This document shows positions 18,524-28,824 of a stretch of DNA of 63,519 nt, piece by piece; positions within the stretch are counted from its first letter, which is position 1; every line of letters begins with the position of its first letter. Source of the stretch: a virus (lineage: Duplodnaviria > Caudoviricetes). The stretch is from positions 1 to 63,519 of IMG/VR virus record IMGVR_UViG_3300022602_003808; one strand, written 5' to 3'. The notes below the pieces were generated by a model. The model made no database searches. It worked only from the letters and a program-made list of their open reading frames with translations, and had not been told where the DNA came from. Both the position numbers and the translations under genes were made by a program.

Positions 18524-19444
18524 TTATTGACGAGGAAACTTAAAATAAGGATGTTTTGCATTAATAAGGTTCTTATCTAAGAGTTTCTTGCTTGAAGCAC
18601 GAGTCGGTACAATATCCCAACCGCCACGACGAGCGTAGAAACAAGTTACTAATAGTTCATCTGGTTCTAATAAGTCCCAAAGACGTTTATAAGCAGCTTC
18701 ACATATTTCTTCGTGGAAGTGACATTCATTACGGAATGATACGATCCATTCTAATAAAGACTTTTCCGTAACAGCTTTAGATCCTTTATAGTAAATGAAA
18801 ATATCACCTGAATCTGGTTGCTTTGTAATCTTACAGTTAGAACGTAACAATGTACTCATACAGCGGTACGATACATCAGTAATTTGATCGTTTACCTGTA
18901 ATAGCTTTGCATCTTCATTAAATACAGTAAACTTAATCTTTTCTGCTCCTTTAGTCTTTTCTAATACAGGCCAAGCTACTTCACTGTAATCTTGCTCCCA
19001 GGCTGTACGCCAGCTTTCATTTTCACTGTCTAACACTTGAGGGAATAGCTCTACCTTAACATCAGTCTCTAATAATAAAGATAAGTCTTTAGAAGCTGTT
19101 TGTTTAATGTTCTTAAGTACTTCTTTAGTGTTCTTACCCATTTTCTGCATATTAAATGAGTTCCAGTATAGCTTCATTGACTTAGACTCTACAATGAAAT
19201 CGTTTTCAGCAGAATAAACTACTTTAGCAACACAAGTAACGGGTAAACCGTTATCTGTTAATGCACTACATTCATAACCGTTCCAAATGTCGTAACCTAC
19301 GAAAGGTAAGAAACCGTTCTTAAGATCAAGATGGGTACGGTTACGTTGGCGCTCTTCACGCACCAAAATCTCTGGTGTGTAAGTGGTAGGAGAGTCAACT
19401 CTCTGACCAAGTACTTTGTCAATATTATTAGTATTATAGCTCAT
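18524..19444 (-). CDS. queF: NADPH-dependent preQ0 reductase (bimodular QueF)
   Basis: VESKSMKLY QueF motif, SNCKITKQPD (catalytic Cys/Asp), FHEE and YARRGG. Confidence 0.95.
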   Translation of the reverse strand: MSYNTNNIDKVLGQRVDSPTTYTPEILVREERQRNRTHLDLKNGFLPFVGYDIWNGYECSALTDNGLPVTCVAKVVYSAENDFIVESKSMKLYWNSFNMQKMGKNTKEVLKNIKQTASKDLSLLLETDVKVELFPQVLDSENESWRTAWEQDYSEVAWPVLEKTKGAEKIKFTVFNEDAKLLQVNDQITDVSYRCMSTLLRSNCKITKQPDSGDIFIYYKGSKAVTEKSLLEWIVSFRNECHFHEEICEAAYKRLWDLLEPDELLVTCFYARRGGWDIVPTRASSKKLLDKNLINAKHPYFKFPRQ

Positions 19445-20009
19445 TGGTGAAATCTTTCTTTATCTCTGTAATTACTTTATTAGTTCTTTCTTCTACTGTA
19501 CCTGATACATAAACAAGTTTATCAGTAGGCATTGAAAAATGCTTTAAGTAAAAATCAAACTGTTTTACAACTCCGTCAAAAAACTCTTTACCTGTACTTC
19601 TCTCTCCATCATCTTTGATATCAAGTTCGGGTACAACATAAAAAATCTTATCGTATACCTTTAATAGTTCTTCGTAAACTGATAAAGCTGCTTGATATAC
19701 ATCCTTATTAACCTGTCCTTTTTCATAAAAATAAGTAGTATATGCAATACCATCTAAAGCACCTCTATCTAAGATCCAGTTACCTGGAGTTAAACCATAC
19801 TCTAAATGTCTAGCCATTACCAAGTATTGAGTTAAAGAAGTACCACCTTCATTGATAGGTACATTTAAGTCTTTAAGACCTCTAGTTAAGTTAGTTCTAA
19901 AAGAAAAATGATTATCATCTAAAAACGATTCATTCTTTAGAGCTTTTACTAAAGTAGTTTTACCTTGTGAATGAGCACCGCAAATAGCAGCCTTATAGTT
20001 TGTTCTCAT
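19434..20009 (-). CDS. P-loop nucleotide kinase-like (AAA_28/NadR-thymidylate kinase fold)
   Basis: GAHSQGKTT, ILDRGALD and DDGER. Confidence 0.8.
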   Translation of the reverse strand: MRTNYKAAICGAHSQGKTTLVKALKNESFLDDNHFSFRTNLTRGLKDLNVPINEGGTSLTQYLVMARHLEYGLTPGNWILDRGALDGIAYTTYFYEKGQVNKDVYQAALSVYEELLKVYDKIFYVVPELDIKDDGERSTGKEFFDGVVKQFDFYLKHFSMPTDKLVYVSGTVEERTNKVITEIKKDFTNEL

Positions 20010-20590
20010 AGTTTATTATTTAATAGGCTTTTACGCATAAAGCCAACCCAATTTTCAATAGCTAGTTTATGCAATCTTACAATATAGTCATTTAAACTAT
20101 TAAATTCTTTGTAGATACTTTCACTATAAAACTCTTTCTCTGACACTACTTTACCTGCATCTACTTCCGGTATTACTTCGTGAATAACGTGTCCGTGTAG
20201 CTTATATGGCTTTTCGAAATGCTTATACCACACTTTAGCTTGCGGGTCTTTACCCTTTAGTTCAGGAAACTTAGTTATAAGACCCGGATGTCCATTGTAT
20301 ATCCTGAATCTACCGCAGATCTGTGGTGGTAATATACGAAGATAACCGTGAAGTGTAATTATATCAGCGTTTCTTATAGCTTCTTTATATTCTTCTACGG
20401 TTGGTTTCTTAGGTAAGAATATAAAACGATCAAAACATCTCTCTAGAAGATCAGGATTAATTTTATCCATTTCTTCAAAACTTTTGTTAGTTATGATTGC
20501 ATCCGGAAACCTACCGATATTTTTAGATATCTCATATATCTCAGACCCGCTCTGAGAGAAGAATGTTTTCCATATTAAGGTACGTTTCAT
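20006..20590 (-). CDS. PurN-like formyltransferase, probable preQ1 formyltransferase (DpdN-like)
   Basis: FSQSGSE, LHGYLRIL, YNGHPGL and IHEV..EVDAG; located between the DpdA-like gene and queF. Confidence 0.85.
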   Translation of the reverse strand: MKRTLIWKTFFSQSGSEIYEISKNIGRFPDAIITNKSFEEMDKINPDLLERCFDRFIFLPKKPTVEEYKEAIRNADIITLHGYLRILPPQICGRFRIYNGHPGLITKFPELKGKDPQAKVWYKHFEKPYKLHGHVIHEVIPEVDAGKVVSEKEFYSESIYKEFNSLNDYIVRLHKLAIENWVGFMRKSLLNNKL

Positions 20591-20817
20591 ATTTTTAGAC
20601 GATACCCTATTGTATTATCACTAAAGAAAATTACAAGCGTAAAGTCAACAATACCGTGTTTTATTAGATAAGGTTTGACGTCGGATAATTCTCTTACCGG
20701 GAGTTCTTGATTACGAATACAATCCCAAAAATAATAATCCCTAATAAAAACAGAATCTGCCAGGAGGTGGGGATAATTAGCATATACAGAGTTGGTTATG
20801 GCTTCTAATGTTGTCAT
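20587..20817 (-). CDS. Hypothetical protein
   Basis: 76 aa, coupled by ATGA overlaps on both sides. Confidence 0.7.
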   Translation of the reverse strand: MTTLEAITNSVYANYPHLLADSVFIRDYYFWDCIRNQELPVRELSDVKPYLIKHGIVDFTLVIFFSDNTIGYRLKI

Positions 20818-21620
20818 CCATTAACGTAATTTCTAAACTCAATTAAATTATTTGCAATAATTCTCTCTTGTATTTCATCTGGTACTACATCTAAAAGGTC
20901 TACAAGTTTGGTAGATTCTTTCTTCCAGTTACCTATTGCGTGAGAATATCTCACTCTTTTAATACCGTGTACAATAGGAGAAGAGGTGTCTAGTGTTTCT
21001 ATCCAGTTATATTCAGGACCTTGATAGAAACTAAACTCTCTAGGGTGTGCGCAACCTAGTAAATGGTGAGGTTTGTCTTTATTAATAATACCATCGTTCA
21101 TTAATTGAGTTAAAGTTATTACTCTACCCATCATATAAGATACCCATTTGTTAGGATGAGGGAATAGTTTGAGATAATAAGAGTAGTCAAATGAAATAGC
21201 TAACTTATCTACATCTATCTCTTGATCTAAAGTTACATAACATTTAACTAGCTCTGCGTAGGTTTTACCCTGTACTACACCAATAGTTTTAGAATCGTTA
21301 ACAAAGTCCCATTCTCTCCATAAGCATTTCTTGGCAGATTCAATCGTACCGTTGCAGTCTTCTAATACATCTGGTATGATATATTCTGTAGGGTTAAGCT
21401 TCTGTATCCAGTATGCATAACGTTTAGGATCAAAAGCTTCGCCGAGTTCGAATGTTGAGCAATCTAATAAAACGTGTCTACCCATCGCTACACTATCTTC
21501 AAAGAACTTGTAATAACTTGGTATTTCTTCGAACAAATGCGTTAAAGCGTAGTCGTAACAGTTATACGTACGGGATATTTCAAGCATACTCAAAGGCGAT
21601 TCGTGAGATATTTTAATCAT
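20814..21620 (-). CDS. dpdA: TGT-fold deazaguanine transglycosylase (DpdA-like)
   Basis: VLLDCSTFE (DSGGF-like), IIPDV, GVVQG, HLLG and LDTSS. Start is MIKISHE at 21620. Confidence 0.8.
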   Translation of the reverse strand: MIKISHESPLSMLEISRTYNCYDYALTHLFEEIPSYYKFFEDSVAMGRHVLLDCSTFELGEAFDPKRYAYWIQKLNPTEYIIPDVLEDCNGTIESAKKCLWREWDFVNDSKTIGVVQGKTYAELVKCYVTLDQEIDVDKLAISFDYSYYLKLFPHPNKWVSYMMGRVITLTQLMNDGIINKDKPHHLLGCAHPREFSFYQGPEYNWIETLDTSSPIVHGIKRVRYSHAIGNWKKESTKLVDLLDVVPDEIQERIIANNLIEFRNYVNG

Positions 21621-21621
21621 A

Positions 21622-24183
21622 TTAAGAGAACATTTCAAATAGGTCTGTTGTTACTTCGTTAGTTAAATCTGGTAACCGCCAGCCAATAGCTTCATATACA
21701 GCTAATATAGGCGGTTTAATTATTGTATTGAACATTTCAATATAATCTACTTGAAAATCGTTAAATTCTGGTGGAAAGTTGTAAGGGTAGCAAAGAGTAT
21801 CAATGTTATACTTGTTTGGTGCAATATAAATCTTCTTTACTTTACCACCAGAAGTAATACGTTCATACTTCGTTTCTAAATGTAAGTGCTTCAATAACTG
21901 ATTATACCAAATAGCACCTTTAACGTGATTAGGTGTACCTGTGCCTATTTTAAATCCATCTGCCTTAACTTCGTATTTCTCTAAATCGCTAAGACCGCCA
22001 CGGATTGCAATTTCATCTACATTAAGTACTTTAAATGCATCATAAACCTCTTTGTAAAGACTGTTTGCCTTTATTTGATCCTGACCTAGCAGAGAGTTCT
22101 CAATAACCTTCTTAATCAGTTCTTTTGCTTTCTTCGGCGTGGTAGATCTAGCGATTTCAACACCAACATACTTAAACTTATTAACGTTTGCACCTTCATC
22201 GTTTAATACGTGAATAATATAACGTTTCTTCTGTAGATAAACACCTACATCGCAAATCGATTCTCGTTTAAAGAAGTAACGAGGATCAACAGATTTAAAC
22301 TCAGAAGCAGACCACTTTTTAATTTCACTATTTAAATATGTACCAATCTCTTTATCAATTAAATCTATACCTTCTGGCGTTACTTTACCGTCAGCAAATA
22401 ACTTTACCTTAAGCTTATCAACAATTGGTTGAATAGTGATGTGAGTGCTGTCAGTGTCACCATATATATTAAGAGAAACGTTAACATTGTATCTTTCTTT
22501 AGCATATGTATCAAGGATAACACCTGCCTGCTTAACCACTGACTGGCCAGTAAGAGTAATACTACCGGCGTGATCACTATCGCAAATAGGACTAAACTTG
22601 TTAGCAAAAACACCGTAAATAGAATTAAGAAGAATCTTAATGACGTGCTGTATGGTGTCAGCTCGTTCCATATTAAACTTACACGCTTTGTGTTCATCTG
22701 TGTCTGGAGTTAGATTACTTAGCTGTTTCTTATATTCAATGTACTGATTCTTATTTCTTACACGTTCACTGTAAAGACTATCAATTAACGAAGGTACAAC
22801 ACCTTTCTTTTTCTGAGTATACAAAACGTTAGCTTTAGATATAGAAAGTTTTTCTATCTCGACTAGTTTATTAAACTTTTCGTGAGAAATAGTAAAGTCT
22901 TTACCGCTAACCATTAATAATGTAACATCAGTATCAGTCTTCTTAATAATCTTACCCAGTTTAGTTTCTGGTGAAATATTTAAAGTAATGATAGTGTTAG
23001 GGTATAGAGAGTTAGCGTCATAGCTAACAATAGATGTCTTTAAGCCACGCTCTGGATCTCTAACATAACCACCTTCAATTTCATCTCTAGTGGGCCCCGA
23101 AACGAAAGTAGGTATGACCATACCGTGCTTGTATGCTTCTAATGCAACACAACCAGTAACAATGGATACTTTACCTAAAGCAGCTTCAAAGCTAGTTAAA
23201 CCTTTATAAGCTAACATACGAATGATTTTAAAAAACTGTAGTTTCTTTTCCATTCGTACAAGTAGATCAACGTCTTGAATATTATAATCTACAAAGTTAT
23301 TCCAATCGTTTTCAGATAGAGAAGCTAAATTAGTAGCATTGATAGCTAGTTTACCTTCACCTAATTCGTGTTGTGCAACAAAGTTTAGTGCATATGATTC
23401 TAACAGACCACGTGCAAAGCCTTTATAAACTTCAAGATAGTCCATTGCTGATATACCGTGAATGTACCAACGATCTAACTCTTGACCTTTAACAAAGATA
23501 CCTTTACGGCACCAAAGACTCTTTAACGGTGATAAGCGTTTAGCTGCATTTTCACCTAATAAGTTATTAATACGGTTAATAGTATAAGGAAAGTCGAAAA
23601 AGTCTGTGTTCCACCCGGATAATATGTCTGGGTAGTAATCGTTCTCCCAAAACTCTAAAAACTTATTGAGTAGATCTACTTCACTAGAGCATTCCGTATA
23701 TACAACGTTTTTACGAGACGGGGTATAGGGTTTACAGCCCCAGGTATAAAACGTTTCAGATAAGTTGTCGTATATCGTTATAAGGTTAATAGGGTGCTTA
23801 GCATCCTTAGCTTCAGGAAACTCATCTGGAGAATAAACTTCGATATCAAGAAAACAAACCTTTAATGGGTTAGCAGAAAACTCAGGCTTTTCGTAATCGT
23901 CTTTATACTTCTCAATAAGAAACTGCTGTTCTACCTGAATGTTATGATATAAACGTTTGATAGCACCGTCTTGTGCAGATTTGTTACGTTCAAACGCATT
24001 CTTAAATACTTTCTTCTTTAACTTAGTATTAAAGATAGATATAGCATCGTGATTATCTTGATTAGTCTCTACATAAAAATAGGGACTATAGATCTCTTTC
24101 TTAACAGTCCTATTACCGTTTTTATCCCAGGTAAATAGGTATGCTATAGATTCGCGTGAGTTATAATATACGTTACGATACAC
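21622..24183 (-). CDS. Family B DNA polymerase gp43
   Basis: DIEV, GWN..FD, YNIQD, DANSLYP, KILLNSIYG and YGDTDS. Promoter TTGATT-16-CATAAT at 24191-24218. Confidence 0.97.
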   Translation of the reverse strand: MYRNVYYNSRESIAYLFTWDKNGNRTVKKEIYSPYFYVETNQDNHDAISIFNTKLKKKVFKNAFERNKSAQDGAIKRLYHNIQVEQQFLIEKYKDDYEKPEFSANPLKVCFLDIEVYSPDEFPEAKDAKHPINLITIYDNLSETFYTWGCKPYTPSRKNVVYTECSSEVDLLNKFLEFWENDYYPDILSGWNTDFFDFPYTINRINNLLGENAAKRLSPLKSLWCRKGIFVKGQELDRWYIHGISAMDYLEVYKGFARGLLESYALNFVAQHELGEGKLAINATNLASLSENDWNNFVDYNIQDVDLLVRMEKKLQFFKIIRMLAYKGLTSFEAALGKVSIVTGCVALEAYKHGMVIPTFVSGPTRDEIEGGYVRDPERGLKTSIVSYDANSLYPNTIITLNISPETKLGKIIKKTDTDVTLLMVSGKDFTISHEKFNKLVEIEKLSISKANVLYTQKKKGVVPSLIDSLYSERVRNKNQYIEYKKQLSNLTPDTDEHKACKFNMERADTIQHVIKILLNSIYGVFANKFSPICDSDHAGSITLTGQSVVKQAGVILDTYAKERYNVNVSLNIYGDTDSTHITIQPIVDKLKVKLFADGKVTPEGIDLIDKEIGTYLNSEIKKWSASEFKSVDPRYFFKRESICDVGVYLQKKRYIIHVLNDEGANVNKFKYVGVEIARSTTPKKAKELIKKVIENSLLGQDQIKANSLYKEVYDAFKVLNVDEIAIRGGLSDLEKYEVKADGFKIGTGTPNHVKGAIWYNQLLKHLHLETKYERITSGGKVKKIYIAPNKYNIDTLCYPYNFPPEFNDFQVDYIEMFNTIIKPPILAVYEAIGWRLPDLTNEVTTDLFEMFS

Positions 24184-24214
24184 AAAACATATTATGTACC
24201 GTATTGTAAATTAA

Positions 24215-25390
24215 TCAAGAAGGAAAGTAAACTTTTACGTGCTCTTCAATATGATCTTCCAACCAATACCTGGTTGCAACTTTACGTGCAGCATCCGATT
24301 CATTCAAGTAATACTGACGGTTAGTGCAAAGTTTTCTGATAATTTCCATTGCTTCTTCAGGTTCATCAAAGAGTAATGGAGCAACTGGATCGGAATTATA
24401 AGGTGCAATATTTTGGCACACACAAGGAACGCCTAATGCACCAGCTTCAAGATACTTAATAGGTGCTTTTGCTAAATTAAACTTATTGTTCTGCAAAGGT
24501 GCAATAGCTACATTTAAATTTAAAGCATCAAATGCATAAGCATATTCATACAGTGTTTTCCACGGAGTATACTCAATATCTCCGGATTGAACTAAGTCGA
24601 ATAACTCATACGGTACACCACCCATAAATACCCATTTGTATTGCTTTACAGTTTTACGAATAAAAGGTAAAAACGGTCCGATATCATCCTGAATACCTAA
24701 AGTTCTATCTACATTCAAGTGGGTAGGGCTACCAACATAACCAATACGAGGGCGTTTCTTGTTTTGATCGTAATTGTCAGTGATTTTTTTCTTACTATAA
24801 AAACGATCTATCCAGAACTTTGGCATATAGTTAGGAACTACTATAGAAGGTACACCAGTACGTGCTGTATAGTAATCTGCCATAAACTTAGTAGGGCAAG
24901 TGATTGCATCACAGTGTTTAATAATTTCTATAGCTGTTTTACCAATAATAGGATCTACGAAAGCAGCACGAGACTTGTTATACAGTGGAATATCCTCTGG
25001 AAAGATAACATCATCGATTTCGTAGTACAGTTTAAATTTGTTACCTTTATTGGAAACGTCTCTTAAGAACTTTACAAACTGTAATTGAGGCTCTGTAACC
25101 TGACGTTGTATCTTAACGGATTTAGCAGCTGCATAATAACGAGGGTCAAGCAGCATTATTGTAGAGTTTGTAATAACACCTTTACCAGATGAATTAATTA
25201 GGGATTCTGGCCAATGAATACGCCAAAAACCACAACCACCGTGATCGGCTGCAAAGCTCATAGCCATATTTGTGGGTGCAGCAGGTGTAGGGGAGAGCGC
25301 CGGCTCTGATTGAGCTTGTGTAATAGGAGAACCAAATACTGGTGCTCCAAAAGGCAAAGCAGGTGCTCCGAGAACGTAAGGATTATTCAT
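24215..25390 (-). CDS. GT-B glycosyltransferase-like protein
   Basis: GCGFWRI, YEIDD, RIGYVGSPTH and IAPLQNNKFNLAKAPIKYLE. Confidence 0.8.
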   Translation of the reverse strand: MNNPYVLGAPALPFGAPVFGSPITQAQSEPALSPTPAAPTNMAMSFAADHGGCGFWRIHWPESLINSSGKGVITNSTIMLLDPRYYAAAKSVKIQRQVTEPQLQFVKFLRDVSNKGNKFKLYYEIDDVIFPEDIPLYNKSRAAFVDPIIGKTAIEIIKHCDAITCPTKFMADYYTARTGVPSIVVPNYMPKFWIDRFYSKKKITDNYDQNKKRPRIGYVGSPTHLNVDRTLGIQDDIGPFLPFIRKTVKQYKWVFMGGVPYELFDLVQSGDIEYTPWKTLYEYAYAFDALNLNVAIAPLQNNKFNLAKAPIKYLEAGALGVPCVCQNIAPYNSDPVAPLLFDEPEEAMEIIRKLCTNRQYYLNESDAARKVATRYWLEDHIEEHVKVYFPS

Positions 25391-27206
25391 TATTAAAAGT
25401 TGTTGACCGGAAAGTTAAGCCGTTTTTCTTTTCGAGGTATATAATTTCTCCATTTGTGCAATATTTCATACTTTCTTTACGGTGTGATATAATATATATT
25501 GCTTCTTGGTATTTTTCAACTCTTTCCCGTATTATATCCAATACCAATTCAATACCCTTCTCGTCTAATGATGAGTCTAGTAATTCATCGAATATAGATA
25601 GATTTAACCATACATTGGCTTGAGCTCTACGAATATCCTGAAATGTAAATATCATTGCAAGGTCAATAGCTTTACGCTCTGCGCCAGAGAAGTTAAAGTA
25701 ACTACATTCTACACCACGTTCATTGGTAATAGTTTCTTCAAAGAATTCATTAAACTTTACCATACTATTACTTTCAAGCTTTTTAAGATAGAAAGCAAGT
25801 CTAAGATTTAATACTTCTAGTATCTTTTTTACAATAAACGATTTTACACCTTCTTCAGATGTAATAAACTTAGCAGATTCAATAATATCTATTTTTTCTT
25901 GATATGTAGCAATGTTCTTTTTGATATCATTCTGTCTATTTAAAATAACATTAATAGCATCTTGAAAGTTGTTTGAATTAGTATTTAAATGCTCGATATC
26001 TACAACAAGAGTGCTTTGCCATTCATTAAGCTGTTTAACACGATTATTAATATTTTCTACTTCTTTTTTACGAATATTAAAGTCGTTTACCTTCTTTTGT
26101 ATAGCGGTAATACCTCTTTCGATCTTATCTAACTGATTCTGTGTTTCAGTTAAAAACGGCTTTTGAGTATTAACTGCTTCAGTAAACTTTTGTATTTCAG
26201 ACTGACACTCTGCTTTATCTTTTTCGTATTGAGCATTAGTGGCTTCAGCTAAATCCTTACCGCAGTGAGGGCATTTACTGTCTACTTTTTTAAGTTTTTT
26301 AATACGATCATTATTAAGCTTAATATGTGTTTCAGCTTCAGTGATAAGCTTGTTAACTGCAGCTATTTTCTTATCACATTCTTTTTCAGCGGTTTTAAGA
26401 GCTAATAAATTACTTTGTATTTCTTTTTCAGCAGCAGTATCTACAGCATCAAGCTTACTTAACTTTTCATTTAATAAAGCTAGTTCTTGTTCGTTGTTAC
26501 GCTGACGAATTAAAAGTGTATCGAGTCTTTTCTTTTTACTCTCTTCATAAGTTTCTTTTTGCTTGATACTTTCTTGTAGATTGCGTTCAGTTTCATCTGC
26601 TTTAGTAGTCTCAATATCAAGATTGCGTTTAGTTTCGTTAAAGTCGAAGCGAGCAATACTTAACATATTGCTAAATACTTCTAAATCAAGAATACCCTCA
26701 ATAAATTTACGCTTCTCTATCTTCTTTTGTCCCATAAACGGTACAGTATTGTTTATGGTCATTATTACACTATTTTGAAATACTTCTGGTGAAGTATCAA
26801 TTAAGTCTACAATATATTCAGTGGTTTGAGGTACACCCGAACGGGTGATATCTTTATCATTACAATACAAGAAACACTTAGTAGGATTTAATGTGCGTAC
26901 AATTTTATAATTCGACTTTACGTGATTATCTTCAATTGTAAATTCTAATTCTACCTCGCAGACATCTTCAGGGTAAATGTTGTTAACAATATTCTCTTTT
27001 TTAAGATCCCGTATAGTACTACCATACAACGCAAAGTGTATGGCATCTGCAACTGTAGACTTACCTACACCATTAGCTCTGTCAGCTTTATCATAGTTCT
27101 TACCAGTAATAATGTTTAATCCTGGTTTAAAGTCAACTACAACCGGTCTTTTACCTACAGACAGGAAGTTAGTTATTTTTACACACTTAAAGAATACGTA
27201 CTGCAT
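25383..27206 (-). CDS. Recombination ATPase gp46 (Rad50/SbcC-like)
   Basis: NGVGKST, CPHC hook, FSGAE, FDE and ISH. Confidence 0.95.
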   Translation of the reverse strand: MQYVFFKCVKITNFLSVGKRPVVVDFKPGLNIITGKNYDKADRANGVGKSTVADAIHFALYGSTIRDLKKENIVNNIYPEDVCEVELEFTIEDNHVKSNYKIVRTLNPTKCFLYCNDKDITRSGVPQTTEYIVDLIDTSPEVFQNSVIMTINNTVPFMGQKKIEKRKFIEGILDLEVFSNMLSIARFDFNETKRNLDIETTKADETERNLQESIKQKETYEESKKKRLDTLLIRQRNNEQELALLNEKLSKLDAVDTAAEKEIQSNLLALKTAEKECDKKIAAVNKLITEAETHIKLNNDRIKKLKKVDSKCPHCGKDLAEATNAQYEKDKAECQSEIQKFTEAVNTQKPFLTETQNQLDKIERGITAIQKKVNDFNIRKKEVENINNRVKQLNEWQSTLVVDIEHLNTNSNNFQDAINVILNRQNDIKKNIATYQEKIDIIESAKFITSEEGVKSFIVKKILEVLNLRLAFYLKKLESNSMVKFNEFFEETITNERGVECSYFNFSGAERKAIDLAMIFTFQDIRRAQANVWLNLSIFDELLDSSLDEKGIELVLDIIRERVEKYQEAIYIISHRKESMKYCTNGEIIYLEKKNGLTFRSTTFNNE

Positions 27207-27244
27207 TGATTACGTATATTATACTATAAACAAAAATTATCTAC

Positions 27245-28090
27245 TTAAATCTTGCTTGCAAGGAACTTAGCAATACTTTCAGCTCTCTTTTTATAGGTAT
27301 GCTTTTTAGATAAATTATATCCTTCAAGAGCAATTTCGGCAACCGCGGCTGGTGTGTTAGTTAAATAGTTTAAAATATCTTTTATATCTTCTACTTTACT
27401 GTACATAAAGCAATTTTTACCGGAAATAAAACCCAGGTCTTTATAAGCAGGATTGTTATCCGTTAATAATAAAGTACCGCAAGAAATAGACTCAAAGCTC
27501 CGATAATTAATATCATTTGAAATGTTTTTATTAAAACTAATATTAAATCTATTAATTAATTGTACCATTTCATCCCCGAATACTTTAATGTATTGTTTTA
27601 AACCGTGATGCAATGTAAGATAGTCTAATAGTTCTTTTCTATTAACATAATTACCAACAAAACCCATTAATATATCTTTAGTGATGCCTTTATTGATAAA
27701 AAGCTCTTCATCTACTGCAGGCGGTAACCAGGCTTTACCTTCACCGCTCGAATAATCTCTTACAGCTACAAATAGATAATTGTAACCTTGTTGTTTGACG
27801 ATTTGTTCATAAGGCTGTATACCTCTACAGTGAGGGTCTACTGCATAAAGAATCTTATAAGGTTTTTTATATTGGTTTAAATCGGGTAACCAATGATCAC
27901 CGTAATTTTCACAGTTTAATATTACATCATAACTGTTAAAGTCAGGTAATTGATTGTAGTTACTATGACCTAGACCCCAGGCATCAGCTTCCCAGCCAAT
28001 ATACTTAAAAGCCCGTTGGAAACATAAACATTCTCTATAAAGAACATTTTCTGGGTGTCTACTATATTCTTGTATAATTAAAATCTTCAT
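27245..28090 (-). CDS. GT-B glycosyltransferase (CgeB-like)
   Basis: WLPPAVD, GFVG, and INYRSFESISCGTLLLTD. Confidence 0.8.
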   Translation of the reverse strand: MKILIIQEYSRHPENVLYRECLCFQRAFKYIGWEADAWGLGHSNYNQLPDFNSYDVILNCENYGDHWLPDLNQYKKPYKILYAVDPHCRGIQPYEQIVKQQGYNYLFVAVRDYSSGEGKAWLPPAVDEELFINKGITKDILMGFVGNYVNRKELLDYLTLHHGLKQYIKVFGDEMVQLINRFNISFNKNISNDINYRSFESISCGTLLLTDNNPAYKDLGFISGKNCFMYSKVEDIKDILNYLTNTPAAVAEIALEGYNLSKKHTYKKRAESIAKFLASKI

Positions 28091-28824
28091 CCAATGTAAT
28101 ATTTTCTTCTATGGTGTTGAAATAATTGGCCGTAAGGACTCTTATACAGTGCTTTATTACCCCATTCAGAAGGATCTCTATGTATTGTAATTTTATATCT
28201 TATGCTTAATAAAGAAAGAATAGATTGATCGTGTCTATGATCCCGAAATGCTGTATTAAAGTTCTCTGTAATATTGGGTGCATCAGAAATTAAGTTGTAA
28301 TTTAAGCATAACTCAGCATACTGTTTAAAAAACTTAACACTAAACTCGGTTTTACGAAATACAATGTACGATGCATTGACCTGATCCCCGTTAATATATT
28401 CTGGTGTTTTTAAATCGAGTATATTAAAGCAATCTGATTTAGTCCATTGAGCGTTTTTCCAAACACTACCATCTTCTGTACCATCTCTATTATCAAATAA
28501 AATTATACCCTTTTCATCTTGTTGGCACAACTCGAATAGTATTTTTATATCTCTAGTAACTAAATTACCTGCATCAACAAACATAAAAATATCATCATCT
28601 GTTGCTTTGTCGAGTAATTTATTAATAAAGTATGATTTCCATACCCAATAACCAAAGCCTCTTTTATCTCTAAAGTGTTGCTGGTGTTTAGTATAGAAAT
28701 CTGAATCTATATCAGATTCTTTAAACAAAATAACATTATCTACCTTACCTTCAGCAGACTCTTTAAGTCTATCTAAAGTAGGATAATAGTTCCAATTACC
28801 GAAACTGAATAGAGTGGTGGTCAT
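28087..28824 (-). CDS. Glycosyltransferase-like protein
   Basis: GYWVWKSY, FVDAG and HRHDQSILSLL, within a GT cluster. Confidence 0.6.
   Translation of the reverse strand: MTTTLFSFGNWNYYPTLDRLKESAEGKVDNVILFKESDIDSDFYTKHQQHFRDKRGFGYWVWKSYFINKLLDKATDDDIFMFVDAGNLVTRDIKILFELCQQDEKGIILFDNRDGTEDGSVWKNAQWTKSDCFNILDLKTPEYINGDQVNASYIVFRKTEFSVKFFKQYAELCLNYNLISDAPNITENFNTAFRDHRHDQSILSLLSIRYKITIHRDPSEWGNKALYKSPYGQLFQHHRRKYYIG

Noticed and set aside
18524-19444. QueF-like (archaeosine) amidinotransferase
   Set aside because: It retains the NADPH-binding ESKSMKLY motif and the bimodular length of a true QueF.
20006-20590. PurN as an auxiliary purine-synthesis gene
   Set aside because: No other pur genes are present, and it is coupled between the DpdA-like gene and queF.
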